Assembly: GCA_038867615.1 (NCBI GenBank)
Contig: JAWBYA010000001.1
Coordinates: 320,001-384,000 of the forward strand
DNA length: 64,000 bases
Direction: 5' to 3'
From: Sulfolobales archaeon
GTDB taxonomy: Archaea > Thermoproteota > Thermoprotei_A > Sulfolobales > AG1
Numbering within the stretch: position 1 is the stretch's first letter; each line of letters starts with the position of its first letter. Positions 62,267-64,000 of this stretch are shown here, in pieces. Position numbers and translations under genes: made by a program. A model generated the notes under the pieces. It did no database searches. It was not told the origin of the DNA and worked only from the letters and a program-made list of their open reading frames with translations.

Positions 62267-63157
62267 GTGGGTGGTAGGATGAGCCGGCCTGTCGGGTTTT
62301 TCCTTGCCCTCAGGCCCTGGAGTTTCCCTATGACTATAGCTGCTATAACTGCTGGTTCTCTCTATGCCTATGGTGTTACGGGGTCTTTTAATATAGCTAT
62401 ATATCTATTAACGCTGGCAGGTGCTGTGGCTCTCCATGCTTTTGTAAATATAACTAATGATTATTTCGATACCCTCTATGGTGTTGATAGGCCTGGTGCT
62501 CCTACTACTAGGTATAGGCCCCACCCTATTGTGAGTGGTCTTCTAACCCCTTCCCAGACCCTCATAGCCTCTGCTGTGATCTTTGTAATAGCTCTTTCTA
62601 GCGGCATTGCGCTCACTCTGATCGATAGGTGGCTCTCTATACCTCTGGGGCTTTTGGGGGCTTTGGTGGCTCTTGAGTATACTGCTCCTCCTGCTAGGTT
62701 TAAGTATAGGGGGTTGGGGGAGCTGGGGGTTTTCGCTATGTGGGGGCCTTTGATGCATCTCGGGGCTTTCTATACCCAGACAGGGCTCATAGATCTAAGA
62801 CCCGTAGCTATATCGATACCTATAGGCTCTCTAGTAGTATCGGTGCTTGTTATAGACTCTATAAGGGATTACGAGTTCGATAGATCCTCTGGGATAAGGA
62901 CATTAACAGTTATCATTGGTAAGGAGAAGGCCTTCAAACTATATATAGCATTGATAGCCCTCGCATACATAGCACCACCAGCACTAGCATTAGCAGGAGT
63001 GGCAAGACCATGGATACTTGCAGCACTAGTAACACTCCCAAGAGCCCTCCAGCTGATCAGGTGGTTCTCAAAAGAAGTCCCAGATACTGCTGCGCCCTTC
63101 ACAGCACAGCTAACAATAATCTATGGTATCATATACTCGGTATCACTAGCTATATAA
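62267..63157 (+). CDS. UbiA-family prenyltransferase, MenA-like
   Basis: LRPWS, NDYFD..GVD, YT.PP..KY.GLGE, RD.E.D...G.RTL. Confidence 0.88.
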   Translation: MGGRMSRPVGFFLALRPWSFPMTIAAITAGSLYAYGVTGSFNIAIYLLTLAGAVALHAFVNITNDYFDTLYGVDRPGAPTTRYRPHPIVSGLLTPSQTLIASAVIFVIALSSGIALTLIDRWLSIPLGLLGALVALEYTAPPARFKYRGLGELGVFAMWGPLMHLGAFYTQTGLIDLRPVAISIPIGSLVVSVLVIDSIRDYEFDRSSGIRTLTVIIGKEKAFKLYIALIALAYIAPPALALAGVARPWILAALVTLPRALQLIRWFSKEVPDTAAPFTAQLTIIYGIIYSVSLAI

Positions 63158-63356
63158 CTAGCTATATAGAAACCCAATCCAGATGCTCAGATCTAAGAAG
63201 ATCTGCGAGAAGCTAGTATAGGCTATTTTTTATATTACGTGGGGGGAAGGTTTGGTTATCCTAACTAAGATCTAATTGTAATATCACTGTATCCAAGAGA
63301 AGCACTATGAGCTAAATATGTTAATAATCCTTACACACCCAAGATATGGTGTCTCC

Positions 63357-63767
63357 ATGAAGGTCTACTTGGAGGAGTTCTTTGTAAGAACTAGTAAGAG
63401 GTTTCAGGTGGTTAAGATCACTGAGAGGGTTGAGAAAGCAGTCTCGAAAAGCGGTGTGAGTGAGGGTATATGTGCTGTGTTCACACCACACGCTACAGCA
63501 GCACTTATAGTTAACGAGTACGAGCCTAGAATAGCTGAGGACTATATAAAATGGGTCGAAGAGGTCTTCAAACCAGGTGGTGGGTGGAGGCACGATGAGA
63601 TCGATTCCAACGCCCACGCCCACATAGCTTCGAGCATGATAGGATCCGGGAGATTCATACCAGTGAGCAGAGGTTCTCTAGTGAGGGGGACGTGGCAGGA
63701 AATCATGCTGCTTGAGCTAGACGGGCCGAGGGAGAGGAGGGTTGTTGTACAAGTGTTAGGGGTCTAG
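63357..63767 (+). CDS. YjbQ/UPF0047 family protein
   Basis: HATA...NE, HD..D.NAHAH, GTWQ.I...ELDGPR. Confidence 0.92.
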   Translation: MKVYLEEFFVRTSKRFQVVKITERVEKAVSKSGVSEGICAVFTPHATAALIVNEYEPRIAEDYIKWVEEVFKPGGGWRHDEIDSNAHAHIASSMIGSGRFIPVSRGSLVRGTWQEIMLLELDGPRERRVVVQVLGV

Positions 63768-64000
63768 ATGGATCTTACCATAGGGATCTTTCCCCTCACG
63801 ATATAGGTGGAGAATAGCATCGCTGGGGGCGCTGTAAAAGACCTAGGATAAGCTATAAGTCTGTGATGAGATCTCCTTGATAACGAGACAGTATAGTTGA
63901 TGTAAAGGTGTAGGGGTGAGAGTGCCTCATGTGTGGAGAGGCTGGTCTTAGTGTTTTATTTACTAATATGGGGCGAGATCCATGTATATTTTAAGAGGAT

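Noticed and set aside
63860-63925. GTGATGA C-box-like motif
   Set aside because: No D box at suitable spacing.

Overview
Gene-dense archaeal chromosome segment. Archaeal EF-2 with the diphthamide loop, Alba, PaREP1, a sulfocyanin-type cupredoxin, GGTG-type Shine-Dalgarno sites and frequent TTG starts point to a thermophilic Thermoproteota (crenarchaeote), probably oxygen-tolerant given the Mn-catalase. Most of the window is housekeeping or metabolic: two sugar ABC systems with one MalK, a heme/siroheme operon (sirC-hemA-ahbAB-AKR-hemD), iron and peptide ABC transporters, a 2-oxoacid:ferredoxin oxidoreductase, and mtaB, queE, thiL, dcd, nagA, prpD and menA-like genes. The standout is an AT-rich island at about 51.2-54.6 kb. 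It encodes a secreted precursor (signal peptide, rhodanese domain lacking its catalytic Cys, spacer, then a Gly-Gly-preceded 78-aa peptide with 14 Cys resembling a halocin C8-type archaeocin). A tandem, partly decayed array of paralogous two-helix membrane genes follows, and one unit still carries a copy of the precursor's 3' tail; this looks like a toxin plus an immunity array. Also seen: three box C/D sRNA candidates (one with two guides matching the 23S peptidyl-transferase centre), several genes apparently starting at ATT/ATC/CTG, a GH84 O-GlcNAcase-nagA pair, and a sulfocyanin with Gln in place of the axial Met. No CRISPR array, tRNA, rRNA or transposase was recognised. All calls come from motif recognition by eye, without database searches.
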